64,000 nt of DNA, taken from NCBI GenBank assembly GCA_018304425.1, contig JAGVWE010000007.1:1-64000 (forward strand), in the 5' to 3' direction. Shown in pieces: positions 28,415-38,025 of the stretch (position 1 is the first letter of the stretch; the number at the start of each line of letters is the position of its first letter). This stretch comes from Candidatus Iainarchaeum sp. (GTDB taxonomy: Archaea > Iainarchaeota > Iainarchaeia > Iainarchaeales > UBA10219). The notes under the pieces are model-generated. The model did no database searches. It worked only from the letters and a program-made list of their open reading frames with translations, and had not been told where the DNA came from. Made by a program: the position numbers and the translations under genes.

Positions 28415-29032
28415 ATGACGCACGATGCAAGAAAGCACTGGGAGAGTATTTATCAAGCGAAAAAATCCGATGAATTGAGTTGGCATCAGGAGAAACCCGA
28501 AACATCGCTTAAGTTGATTGTTGAAACCGGGTTGGGAAGGGATGCCGGCATAATCGACGTGGGGGCAGGAGACTCAAAGCTGGTGGACAATCTTCTTGAC
28601 CTCGGTTTTAAGAACATAACCGTCTTGGATGTTTCCCCAACTGCATTGGAGCGGGCGAAGAAAAGGCTAGGAAGCAGGGCGGTCAGCGTTAAATGGGTGG
28701 CCTCTGATTTGAGGGAATTTGAAACAGGCGATAGCTACGACCTTTGGCATGATAGAGCAGTTCTCCATTTCTTGACCAACGAAGAAGACATTAATCGCTA
28801 TGTGGAAGTCGTGAGACGGGTCTTGAAACCAGGGGGTTACTTGATTGTCTCGGCCTTCTCATGGAGGGGGCCAACGAGGTGCAGTGGGCTGGACACACGG
28901 CAATACTCCGAGGCCTCCATGGAAAAGTTGTTCAACGATTTTGAGCGCATAAAAAGCTTTGAAGAGGAGCATGTAACCCCCTGGGGGGCCGGCCAGATTT
29001 TCCTTTGGAGCGTGTTCAGGAAAAAGGGATGA
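28415..29032 (+). CDS. Class I SAM-dependent methyltransferase
   Basis: IIDVGAG, WHDRAVLHFL, GPTRCSGL; lower GC than neighbours. Confidence 0.9.
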   Translation: MTHDARKHWESIYQAKKSDELSWHQEKPETSLKLIVETGLGRDAGIIDVGAGDSKLVDNLLDLGFKNITVLDVSPTALERAKKRLGSRAVSVKWVASDLREFETGDSYDLWHDRAVLHFLTNEEDINRYVEVVRRVLKPGGYLIVSAFSWRGPTRCSGLDTRQYSEASMEKLFNDFERIKSFEEEHVTPWGAGQIFLWSVFRKKG

Positions 29033-29093
29033 AACCGGATGGAGGGCGTCAATAGGGTGACTGAACCGAGCCGGCAAGGGAATGATTTAAATA

Positions 29094-29732
29094 GTGGGAA
29101 AGGCTAATTCTTTTGTGACCCGGAAACCGAAGACGCCGAGGCGTGCCGCGTTCGTTCTAAGCAACAAGACCAAGCGCTTGCCGTTGCCGGTTTTCACGCC
29201 ACACGAATTAGAGCACCGGATAAAGTTGCAGAAGCTTTTGAGCCCAGTCCAGTTATCGGAGCTCCGCACGCTTCCCGTGACGGTTTCCACCAACGTGTTT
29301 CGTCACGCGCTGCCCACCCTGGAACGAGTGCTTCAAACCCATGGAATGAGCGAAGCCCAGATTCGGGCCGCCGTGCAAGCCGCGCCCTGGGATGCCTTGC
29401 GGCGGATGGGCGGCCGGCATGAGCTCGTGGAAGGCAACCTGACCGGCTTGCTGGCTATTCGTCGTCTCCTCAACGGCCAGGCGTTCCCGGACTTCATCCG
29501 GTTCGCGGCGGCCTCCCCCGGTAGCATTTCTTCCCTCGTAACAGTCATTGAAGCGCATAGGGAAAGGGTTTCGCTGGACGAAGCAAAGGCCCTCCTTGTG
29601 GCCGATTACACGGATGTAGCGAGCATGGAACGCGGGCTTGGGTTGCTCCGGCAGCGGGCCGCTGAAAGAGCCGCGAAGCAACGGGAAAGCCGCGGCCCCA
29701 GTCAGCCGCGCATGTTCCGCGCGCACGCCTGA
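29094..29732 (+). CDS. Hypothetical protein
   Basis: 212-aa ORF filling the gap; no motif recognised. Confidence 0.45.
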   Translation: MGKANSFVTRKPKTPRRAAFVLSNKTKRLPLPVFTPHELEHRIKLQKLLSPVQLSELRTLPVTVSTNVFRHALPTLERVLQTHGMSEAQIRAAVQAAPWDALRRMGGRHELVEGNLTGLLAIRRLLNGQAFPDFIRFAAASPGSISSLVTVIEAHRERVSLDEAKALLVADYTDVASMERGLGLLRQRAAERAAKQRESRGPSQPRMFRAHA

Positions 29733-29748
29733 TTTCTCCGGGCTTTCC

Positions 29749-31107
29749 TCAGCCCAACAACGCAATCTGCACGTCCATGACATTGGTCTTCGTGTAGCCC
29801 GTCATCACGAGGTCCCCGAGTTTCGCGAAGAAGGCGTGCGAGTCGTTGTCGTCCAGGAACTTTTTCCAGTCCAGGCCCAGCGCATGGGCGCGGGCCAGCG
29901 TGGAAGTCGTGGCAATCGCTCCGGCCGCGTCGCTGGTTCCGTCGATGCCGTCGGTTCCAATCGAGCACAGCAAGGCGTTTTCGAGTTCACTCAATTCCTC
30001 GCAGCCGCCCAACACGAGTTCCAGGTTCCGCCCACCCCTGCCCTTTCCCTTCACCTTCACCGTGGTCTCGCCGGCCGCCAACAAGGCCAGCGGCCGGAAC
30101 TTGTGCTGCCGGGCGGCCAGCTTCAACCCGCTGGCCAGCTTCCAGCCCGCGTTCCGCGCTTCGCCGGCCAGTTTGTCGCTGAAGACCAGGCAGTGGATGC
30201 CGAGCTCGGAAGCCCGTTTCTTCAAGGCATTCAAGGCCACGGCGTTGTTCAGGATGACCAGGTTGTGCACGCTCCGGAAGCACTTGTCCTTTTTCTTGGG
30301 CGTGTCCCCGGTTTTTTTCCGGATGCCCTCCACCAGGTGCCGCTTGGCCGTGGCCGGACAGTTGTCCCACAAGCCATGGTTTTTGAGGACCAGGACAGCC
30401 GAGGCAAACGTGCATTCATCGGGGGCCGTGGGGCCGGAAGCGATGACGTCCAACGCGTCCCCGATGACGTCGGAGACGAGGAGGCACAGCAGGGTGGCCG
30501 GGGCCGCGGCCTTCGCCAATTGGCCGCCCTTCACCCTGGAAAGGTGCTTGCGCACGCAATTGAGTTCCCGGATGTTCGCCCCCGCTTTCAGCAGCCGGGA
30601 GGTGAGTTCCTGTTCGTCTTTCAGGGACACGCCTTCCGCCGGCAACGGGAGCAGGGCGCTGCCTCCCCCCGAGACCAGGCAGAGGATGAGGTCCTTTTCG
30701 CCCGCGCTTTTGGCGAGGTCGAAGATTTTTTTCGCGCCCTCGACCCCTCGCTGGTCCGGAAGCGGGTGCGCGGCCACGTTGACCTCGATTTTTTTGGTGG
30801 GCACGGCTTCCACCGTGTTCACGACGCCGCCGGAAATCCAGTCCCCCAGGACTTCCTCGACTACCAGGGCCATCAAGCCCGAGGCCTTGCCGAAGCCGAT
30901 GACGTACACGTGTTCGAAGGCCTTGAGGTCGAAGGACTTGTTGCGGACGCGCAACCGCGAGCCGCTGAGCTTCAGTTCCCGGTGCAGGGCCCGTTTCACG
31001 TCGATTTCCTCGAACACGGCTTCCAGGAGTTCCAGGCACTGGCCGCGCAGCCTTGCCTCGGAACTCTCGCCCTTGACCAGTCCGGCGGCGTTTTCAATCA
31101 GCGGCAT
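29749..31107 (-). CDS. Glycerate 2-kinase (MOFRL family)
   Basis: GFGKAS, SGGGSAL, IASGPT, GRGGRN, TDGIDG, TNVMD. Confidence 0.92.
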   Translation of the reverse strand: MPLIENAAGLVKGESSEARLRGQCLELLEAVFEEIDVKRALHRELKLSGSRLRVRNKSFDLKAFEHVYVIGFGKASGLMALVVEEVLGDWISGGVVNTVEAVPTKKIEVNVAAHPLPDQRGVEGAKKIFDLAKSAGEKDLILCLVSGGGSALLPLPAEGVSLKDEQELTSRLLKAGANIRELNCVRKHLSRVKGGQLAKAAAPATLLCLLVSDVIGDALDVIASGPTAPDECTFASAVLVLKNHGLWDNCPATAKRHLVEGIRKKTGDTPKKKDKCFRSVHNLVILNNAVALNALKKRASELGIHCLVFSDKLAGEARNAGWKLASGLKLAARQHKFRPLALLAAGETTVKVKGKGRGGRNLELVLGGCEELSELENALLCSIGTDGIDGTSDAAGAIATTSTLARAHALGLDWKKFLDDNDSHAFFAKLGDLVMTGYTKTNVMDVQIALLG

Positions 31108-31461
31108 TCATTTTCGCCCATAGCGGTCGGAAAACCGTTTTTCATCGTGTTCCAGGAACTTCCCAAAGGAAACCTCCAACACGCGTACGGGGTTTTTGCC
31201 GGCACTCAACCGGTGCCTTTGGCCGCGCCGGATGAACACCTGCTTTCCCCTGGCGGCCCGCATTTTCCTGCCATTCACCTGGATGGTGCCCTGCCCGTCC
31301 AAGACCACCCAGTACTCGTCGCGCCTGCGATGCGATTGCAGGGAAAGCGCTTGCCCGGGCTTCACGGAAATGATTTTGACCGTGCACTCCACGTTCAAGG
31401 CCAGGAGCTCGAATTTCCCCCAAGGCCGTTGAACGGTTTTGACGCGTGGCTTGCCTTTCAT
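31108..31461 (-). CDS. Cupin, mannose-6-phosphate isomerase type II C-terminal-like
   Basis: RPWG, LSLQSHRRRDEYW, HRL, DRYGR. Confidence 0.85.
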   Translation of the reverse strand: MKGKPRVKTVQRPWGKFELLALNVECTVKIISVKPGQALSLQSHRRRDEYWVVLDGQGTIQVNGRKMRAARGKQVFIRRGQRHRLSAGKNPVRVLEVSFGKFLEHDEKRFSDRYGRK

Positions 31462-32339
31462 CACTTGAATCCCCATTTTTTGAGCAGCCTGGGAATGACG
31501 ATGAGGAAGTCCGAGGCAATGAACGTATAGCCCTTGACGGCGTGCAAGATGTCTCCGGCCCTCCCATTGAGGTAAGCGGCTGCGCAGGCAACGTCGAGGA
31601 GGCCGTTCTTGCTTGCCGCGAGGCCCAGGCAGATTCCAGCCAGGACATCCCCGGTTCCGCCCACGGTCATGCCCGCGTTCCCGGTCTTGTTGACTTTCGT
31701 GGTCTTGCCGTCGGACACGACGTCAAACCTTCCCTTCAACAGCACCACGCACCGGTGCTTTTTCGCGGCAGCCTCCACGGCCTTGATTTGCTTGGAGAGC
31801 TCCTTGGGCAGCTTCTTGCCCGTGAATGCCTCGAATTCCTTCGCGTGCGGGGTAATCAGGGCAGGGCCCTTGAACTTCAAGCCCTTGGCGGCCTTCAAGG
31901 CATCCGCGTCCACGATAAGCGGTTTCCTGATTTTGGGGAGCACCCTGCGCACGAAGGACCTGGTTTCCGGGTCGAGGCCCATGCCAGGCCCGATTAAGAC
32001 GGCGTCCGCCTTGGCCGCCTCGGCCAGCACTTCCCGGACATGCCTTTCACCAAGGTGGCTGCCGCGCAACTTCAAGGTGATGAGGTCCGGAGAAAACGAG
32101 TTGATGACCCAGGCCACTTTCTCAGGCGCCATGACCCTGACCAAGTCGATGCCGGTCCGCAGCGAAGCCAGGGCCGCCTGCGCTCCCAATGCGGGTGCGC
32201 CCACCAGTTCATTGCAGCCGCCCACCACCAGGGCCACGCCGTTCTCCCCCTTGTGGGAGTCGGGGCGTCTCTTCCGGGCGCACCGAACCACGTCCGCCGG
32301 ACTGCACAACCACACCATCTGCGAACCGGGCTTCGTCAT
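31461..32339 (-). CDS. nnrD: ADP-dependent NAD(P)H-hydrate dehydratase
   Basis: DSHKGENG, GPGMG, DADAL, TPHAKEF, GGTGDVLAG. Confidence 0.92.
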   Translation of the reverse strand: MTKPGSQMVWLCSPADVVRCARKRRPDSHKGENGVALVVGGCNELVGAPALGAQAALASLRTGIDLVRVMAPEKVAWVINSFSPDLITLKLRGSHLGERHVREVLAEAAKADAVLIGPGMGLDPETRSFVRRVLPKIRKPLIVDADALKAAKGLKFKGPALITPHAKEFEAFTGKKLPKELSKQIKAVEAAAKKHRCVVLLKGRFDVVSDGKTTKVNKTGNAGMTVGGTGDVLAGICLGLAASKNGLLDVACAAAYLNGRAGDILHAVKGYTFIASDFLIVIPRLLKKWGFK

Positions 32340-34243
32340 TTCCTTCCCGTCCTGGCCTCGATCTCCTTTTTCAGCAGGCCCGAAACCATGCTTCCCGGGA
32401 TTTTCCCCCGCGCTTCCCGCATGACTTCCCCCATCACGGCCTGGAATGATTGCATGCCTTTCTCCTTAATAATTCCTTCGTTGCGGGCCACGATTTTCTG
32501 CACAATGGCCAGGGCTTCCACGTCGCTGGCCCGGGAGGCACCGGCCTCCGCCATGATTTCCTCGAACGGAGCCGCCGGCTTTTTCGCCCACGCCCCCAGC
32601 ACGCCCAGCACGGCTTCCTTCACCAGCACGCCCTCTTTTTGCGCTGACAGCACGCGTTCCACCATTTCCCGGGAAACGTTGTCCACGTCCACGCCCTCGC
32701 GCTTGAGCTTGGTCAGCCCCTCCAACAACAGCACGGCCGTCGAAGTGGGCTCGAAGCCCCGCTTCACGAGGTCCGCGAAAAACCGGGCCTCGTTGCTGAG
32801 CTTCATCTCGTTGGCCAGCTTCTCGCCGAGCTTCAATTCCTTGGAGTAAAACCGAAGCCGTTCCTCGGCGCTCTGTGGCAGGTTCTTCCGCAGCCCTTCC
32901 ACGCGCGCGGCATCCGTTTTCACGGTCGGCAAATCGGTTTCAGGGTACATCCGCGCCGCACCCGGCAGGGGCCGCAGGTACTCGTTGTTGCCGTCGGGCA
33001 GCGGCCCCCTCGTCTCTGGGGGAACGCCTTTCAGCGCCTGCCTGCAGCGCTCGACCAGGATTTTCATGGCTTCTTCGGCCTTGCCGGGTTCCTCGCAGAC
33101 CAGCACAAAGGCATCCAAGGCATCCTCGCGCAGGCCCAGTTGCCGGGAAAGGCCTTTCACGTCGGCCTCGGTCAAGCCATAGTTGGGCAGTTCATCCGAG
33201 TGCAGCAAGCCCGCTATGCCGAGCCTAGCCTTCAGGTAGCCGGCCAGTTCCTTTCCGAAGCGCCGGCCGGGCTGGACTTCCCGGCCCAGGATTCCCTTGA
33301 AGCCCTTGAGCCGGAGGCCCAGCACTTTTTTTCCCTGCCGCACGCCGTCCGCGAAGAACTTGCACGCCGAACCTTCGGCCAACGCACTCACGTCCAAGGC
33401 ATTGGGCACCAAATCGGCTTCCTTCACCCGCTTCAGGAGTTCGCCCCGGATTTCCAGCAAGGCCGCCTGCCGCTGCGCTTCCCTTCGCACGAACTCGTCC
33501 AGCAAGTCGAGTTCCTGCACGCCCTTCAATTCCACGCGCGTCCCCCCCCGGATGCTCACGTTGACGTCCTGCCGGATGGTGCCGAGGCCGCGCCGCGCCT
33601 TGCCCGTGAGCCGCAGGAGTTCCCCGATTTTTAGGGCCACTTTCTTGGCGTCCTCCGGGGAATGGATGTCAGGCAGCGTCGCAATCTCGATGAGGGGAAT
33701 GCCCTGCCGGTCCAGCCGGTAGACGACTTCCTTGTCGCCGCGCACCACGGGCCTTGCCGCGTCCTCTTCGAGGACAATGGTGTCGATGCCGAGGCATTTC
33801 CCGTTGAAGTCCAGGCAGCCGTTGGTGGCGATGAGGGCCGTCCGCTGGAAGGAACTGGTAGTTGAACCATCCACCACCATCTTCCGCATGACGTAGATGT
33901 TGTCCACGAGGTGGGCTTTCAGGAGCAGCGCCACTTCCAGGACGGTGTCAAAGGCCTCCGCGTTGAAGGGCCGCACCGGTTCCTCGTCGGTTTCCACGAG
34001 GCACGTGGTGTCGGAATAGGCCTGGTAGGCAAAGGTCTGCCCCTTCTGGTAGGCTTCGAGTGCCGCGGGGTCGTATTCACCCAGCTCGGACATGACCGGC
34101 CGAATCCTTCGTTTCACGAGGATGTCGGGCGCGTCCTCACGCATGACGCTGGGACAGTTGCAGAACAGTTTCCGCGTGTTGAGCTGCTGGTGGCATTCGA
34201 GGCCGCATTTGAGGCCCAAGGCCAGGTAATCGAGGTCCGGCAT
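32336..34243 (-). CDS. gatE: Glu-tRNA(Gln) amidotransferase subunit E
   Basis: GLECHQQL, RLDRQGIPLIEI, GTIRQDVNVSI, ARMYPETD. Confidence 0.96.
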   Translation of the reverse strand: MPDLDYLALGLKCGLECHQQLNTRKLFCNCPSVMREDAPDILVKRRIRPVMSELGEYDPAALEAYQKGQTFAYQAYSDTTCLVETDEEPVRPFNAEAFDTVLEVALLLKAHLVDNIYVMRKMVVDGSTTSSFQRTALIATNGCLDFNGKCLGIDTIVLEEDAARPVVRGDKEVVYRLDRQGIPLIEIATLPDIHSPEDAKKVALKIGELLRLTGKARRGLGTIRQDVNVSIRGGTRVELKGVQELDLLDEFVRREAQRQAALLEIRGELLKRVKEADLVPNALDVSALAEGSACKFFADGVRQGKKVLGLRLKGFKGILGREVQPGRRFGKELAGYLKARLGIAGLLHSDELPNYGLTEADVKGLSRQLGLREDALDAFVLVCEEPGKAEEAMKILVERCRQALKGVPPETRGPLPDGNNEYLRPLPGAARMYPETDLPTVKTDAARVEGLRKNLPQSAEERLRFYSKELKLGEKLANEMKLSNEARFFADLVKRGFEPTSTAVLLLEGLTKLKREGVDVDNVSREMVERVLSAQKEGVLVKEAVLGVLGAWAKKPAAPFEEIMAEAGASRASDVEALAIVQKIVARNEGIIKEKGMQSFQAVMGEVMREARGKIPGSMVSGLLKKEIEARTGRK

Positions 34244-34380
34244 GCAATCACTAATTCACTTCCGCGAAAAGGTTTATAATGTCTTTCAACGCCTTTTGCC
34301 GGGCTTCAGGCGCGCGCACTGGTTGCGGCTTATGAAAGCGAATTTCCCTTCCGGCGGGCCCCTGCCCTTGCTCGGGCCCT

Positions 34381-35259
34381 TCACTCGAAGTAGGCCATGG
34401 TTTCCTCGCGTATCTGGTCGGCGAGTTCCGCGTCCCGCACGACCTGCACTTTGATTGAAACCGGTTTTTCGTGCAGGAATTCCAGCAGCCAGCCCAGGTC
34501 GAATTCCTTCAGGTTGCTGGCCGAATTGAGTTTGTAGAGCATTTCCTCCCGGGCCTGGGTCGGGAAATAGGCCCTGGCCACGTAGTCCCCGACCACTAGG
34601 ACGTCGGAGTCCAGCGCGACCAAGGCGTTGTACCGGAGTTTCACGGAAGCCCCAAGGTGTTCCGCCATTTTCGCGAGCGCGTTCCCATGGCATTGGTCCA
34701 TCATGCCGCCGGAGTTGACGAGGATGTAGCATTCGGTGCGCGAAACCAGCCGCGCCAGGCGGTGGAGTTCCTCCCGGGACAGGCCGATGAGCGAGTAGAC
34801 GTGCTTCCAGTGGAAGACAGAGGGCTTGCCGGCTTCGTTGGGGTATTCGAAGTAGTTGAACAAGAGGAACCGGTAAAAGTCGAGGATGGTTTCGAAGCCG
34901 TACTTGGCGTAGTCTTGCCGCGGCATTTCAGCGTTCTCCTGGAAAGGGTTTTCATTCAACGATTTTTCGAGGCTGGAAACCAGGTTCCGGAGGTTCTTCA
35001 GCCACCGGGGGCTCAAGGCATACTTGCGGTCGGTGCAGGAGAGGATGCCCTCGGCCGCCATTTGCCGCAACGATTTGTGGATGGCCTGGTAGCTTACCTC
35101 GACGCCGTGCCGGGACTTCAGCTTGGAGTACACCTGCGTGAGCGTCAGCGGCCAGTCCAGGGAGAGCACGGACACGATGGCGTCGCGCGTGGACTTGGGT
35201 TGAACCGTTGGAACAGCCGTTCCCAGGCTCACCGGCTGGTATTGAGTCACGAGATCCAT
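34381..35259 (-). CDS. N-terminal winged-helix protein (putative regulator)
   Basis: WPLTLTQVY...VSYQAIHKSL wHTH; start placed downstream of tRNA-Asn. Confidence 0.7.
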   Translation of the reverse strand: MDLVTQYQPVSLGTAVPTVQPKSTRDAIVSVLSLDWPLTLTQVYSKLKSRHGVEVSYQAIHKSLRQMAAEGILSCTDRKYALSPRWLKNLRNLVSSLEKSLNENPFQENAEMPRQDYAKYGFETILDFYRFLLFNYFEYPNEAGKPSVFHWKHVYSLIGLSREELHRLARLVSRTECYILVNSGGMMDQCHGNALAKMAEHLGASVKLRYNALVALDSDVLVVGDYVARAYFPTQAREEMLYKLNSASNLKEFDLGWLLEFLHEKPVSIKVQVVRDAELADQIREETMAYFE

Positions 35260-35285
35260 GCTTTTCCTTGCCTCGCCCGTGGGAG

Positions 35286-35356
35286 CTGCCAGAGTCGGAT
35301 TCGAACCGGCATCACCTGAGTAACAGTCAGGCATCCTTCCATTGGACTATCTGGCT
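35286..35356 (-). tRNA. tRNA-Asn(GTT), atypical acceptor stem
   Basis: CCTGA-CTGTTAC-TCAGG anticodon arm, GGTTCGAATCC T-loop; A1:A72 and C50:A64 mismatches. Confidence 0.75.
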
Positions 35357-35479
35357 TTGAGCCGGTTATCATGGCATTATACCTTACTTCGACCTTTTAT
35401 TTAATCACTTCGACAAATTTTACGTCATTTTCACGCTTAAGTGATGTATTTATAACATAATTGTAGTCATTTATTCGGT

Positions 35480-35923
35480 ATGCTGGACAAAAAGGATGCA
35501 ATTATCCTGGACAGCCTGCGCCAGAACAGCCGCAAAACCGTCAAGGAAATCGGCCGCGAAACCGGCATTCCCCGCACCACGGTTTTCGAGCGCATCAAGC
35601 GCATGGAGCACAACCAGGTCATCAAAGGCTATTCCGTGAAACCCGATTACGAGAAAATCGGCTTTCCCACCACGGCCTTCACCATGGTCGCCCACAACGG
35701 TTCGGCCGGCGTATCCCAGAAGTCCGTGGCCAAGGAAATCGCGAAACTCCCCGGAGTCTATGAAGTGCAAATAATTGCCGGAGAATGGGACATGCTCGTC
35801 AAGGTGCGTGGCAGGTCCTTGGAATCCATCGGTGACCTAGTAGTGGGAAGGATGCGGGACATTACGGGCATTGCCAGGACGCTGACCTACTCCGTTTTCT
35901 ACACCATCCGCGAAGACTGCTGA
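35480..35923 (+). CDS. Lrp/AsnC family regulator
   Basis: LDKKDAIIL...TVFERIKRME, AGEWDML. Confidence 0.92.
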   Translation: MLDKKDAIILDSLRQNSRKTVKEIGRETGIPRTTVFERIKRMEHNQVIKGYSVKPDYEKIGFPTTAFTMVAHNGSAGVSQKSVAKEIAKLPGVYEVQIIAGEWDMLVKVRGRSLESIGDLVVGRMRDITGIARTLTYSVFYTIREDC

Positions 35924-35947
35924 CGGTTGAAAACGCTCCCGGTTCCC

Positions 35948-37273
35948 TTACTCCGGCTCAAAGCAGTCGATGCGGCTCGAGGCCGTGATTTCGCCGCGCA
36001 GGTTCTCAGGCACTTTTTTCACGGCTTCCTCGCGCTTGAAGTTGCCCAGCAACCACGCCAGCTTCACGAAAGCGGTTTCGGGCAGCAGGTCTTCCGCGAA
36101 AACGACGCCAATCTCGGAGAGCCGCCGCAGGTTCGTGTAGACGTACGGGTGCACGCGGCCATACAGGCATTGGGCGGTCATCACCACCACGCAGCCGGAT
36201 GCAATCAGTTTCTTGAGCGCCTCGTAATTGGGCAGGTTTTCCGGGGTGTTGGTGGGCATGTGTCCCATCCCAGTTCCCTCTACAACGAGGCCTTTGAACC
36301 CGTGCTCCAAGTAGAACAGGATTTCCTCGGGGTGCATGTTGGGGTGCGACTTGAGCAGCCCGACCTTTTCCTCGAACCCGTCCTTCACCGTGAACGGCTT
36401 TTTCTTGTCCACCCTGGGATAGTCCTTTTTCAGGTACTCGACCCTTCGCTCGTTGAAGTGCACGCGGGCAATCGGCTGGTCGTTGACCGCCTTGAAGGCA
36501 TCCCGTCGGGAGGTATGCATCTTCCGCGCCTTCGTTCCCGGCAGAACCACGCAGGCCTGGTCATCCGAGGTCTCATGCATGCAAATGGCCACTCCCGCGA
36601 AATCCGTTTGCTTGATGAATTCGGCCGCGCACAGGAGGTTGATGGCGGCATCACTCGAACCCCGGTCCGAGCTCCGCTGGCTGCCCACTAGGAGCACGGG
36701 CACCGGCGGGTTTTCGAGGGCAAACGACAGCGCGGCCGAGGTATAGGTTAGGGTATCCGTGCCATGGCCCAGGATGATTCCCTTGGCGCCGTCCCGGATG
36801 GCGGCCTGGATGGCTTGGACCATGAGTTTGTAGTGCGAGAACCGCATGTCCTCCGACATCAGGTTGGCCACGTGCCTGGGCTCGAAGTTCGCGACCCGCG
36901 TGAGTTCCGGGAACATGGCAATCAGGTCCTCGGTCGAAAACGAGGCATACACCCCGCCCGTGGAATAGTTGACGCGGCTGGCAATGGTTCCCCCCGTGTG
37001 CAGGACCACGATTTTCGGGAGGGAAACATCCATTTTCAGGGCCTGGCTTTTCACGCCCGCCTTCGCGGAGGGTTCCCCGGTCTTCTTCAACTCCATGCCG
37101 GCTTCCACGCGCACGCCCATGTTGTAGCCGGTGTGGAGCTTGAGGGAAAGCGTTTCAGGGTCGGCCGATGGAAGGACGTGGCCCCGGAACGACTGCCCGT
37201 TCTTCGCCAACTCGACGAAGTCGCCTTCCTGGACCCCGGATTTCCGGAGCAATTCCCGGTAATCGGCTTTCAT
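35948..37273 (-). CDS. gatD: Glu-tRNA(Gln) amidotransferase subunit D
   Basis: KLHTGYN, TGGTIASR, HGTDT, SQRSSDRGSSD, HTSRRDAF. Confidence 0.96.
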   Translation of the reverse strand: MKADYRELLRKSGVQEGDFVELAKNGQSFRGHVLPSADPETLSLKLHTGYNMGVRVEAGMELKKTGEPSAKAGVKSQALKMDVSLPKIVVLHTGGTIASRVNYSTGGVYASFSTEDLIAMFPELTRVANFEPRHVANLMSEDMRFSHYKLMVQAIQAAIRDGAKGIILGHGTDTLTYTSAALSFALENPPVPVLLVGSQRSSDRGSSDAAINLLCAAEFIKQTDFAGVAICMHETSDDQACVVLPGTKARKMHTSRRDAFKAVNDQPIARVHFNERRVEYLKKDYPRVDKKKPFTVKDGFEEKVGLLKSHPNMHPEEILFYLEHGFKGLVVEGTGMGHMPTNTPENLPNYEALKKLIASGCVVVMTAQCLYGRVHPYVYTNLRRLSEIGVVFAEDLLPETAFVKLAWLLGNFKREEAVKKVPENLRGEITASSRIDCFEPE

Positions 37274-37327
37274 AGCGTTAATTACAGCTGAACGGTTTTT
37301 AAGCCATTCCCAGCCGAATTTTTGACG

Positions 37328-38011
37328 ATGCGATTTGTTTCCCTGTTTTCCGGCGGCAAGGACTCGACCTATGCGCTCTACTGGGCATTGCGGGAAGGCC
37401 ACCAGCTGGCCAGCCTCCTCACCATCCGTTCTTCCTATGCCGAGTCCTACATGTATCATTTGCCCAACATCCACCTGACGGAGGTCGCGGCCGAGGCCAT
37501 GGGCTTTCCCCTCGTGGTCGCGGAAACCAGCGCCGGCAAGGAAGCCGAGCTCCAGGTCCTGGAGGACTCCCTGGCCGACCTCAAGGAAAGCCAGGGCATC
37601 GAGGCCGTGGTCTCCGGGGCCTTTGCCTCCCGCTACCAGAAGGAACGCGTGGACCGGATATGCGAAAAGCTCGGCCTTGAAAGCCTGGCGCCCCTCTGGG
37701 GCCGCGACGGCGAAGACCTCTTGAACGACATGCTGGCCGCAGGCTTCAAGTTCATGCTCGTCGCCGTGGCCGCGCAGGGCCTGGACGAGAAATGGCTGGG
37801 CCGGCTCATCGACGAAAAAGCGGTTTCCGACCTCAAAGCCCTGCACGAAAAATACCAGGTGAGCCTGGTGGGGGAGGGCGGCGAATTCGAGTCCCTCGTG
37901 GTTGACTGCCCGCTCTTCCGGAAAAAAATCGAAGTCGTTTCCGCGGAAAAAAAGTGGGACGGCTGCCGTGGCGAACTCGCCATCAAGGAAACCAGGCTCG
38001 CCCCAAAATAA
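37328..38011 (+). CDS. dph6: Diphthine-ammonia ligase (Dph6/MJ0570 family)
   Basis: SGGKDS, SYMYH, GEGGEFES. Confidence 0.88.
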   Translation: MRFVSLFSGGKDSTYALYWALREGHQLASLLTIRSSYAESYMYHLPNIHLTEVAAEAMGFPLVVAETSAGKEAELQVLEDSLADLKESQGIEAVVSGAFASRYQKERVDRICEKLGLESLAPLWGRDGEDLLNDMLAAGFKFMLVAVAAQGLDEKWLGRLIDEKAVSDLKALHEKYQVSLVGEGGEFESLVVDCPLFRKKIEVVSAEKKWDGCRGELAIKETRLAPK

Positions 38012-38025
38012 TCAAATGCATGGAG

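Noticed and set aside
37274-37846. 632-aa GatD with extended N-terminus
   Set aside because: The extension is antisense to dph6; GatD homology starts at MKADY (37273).
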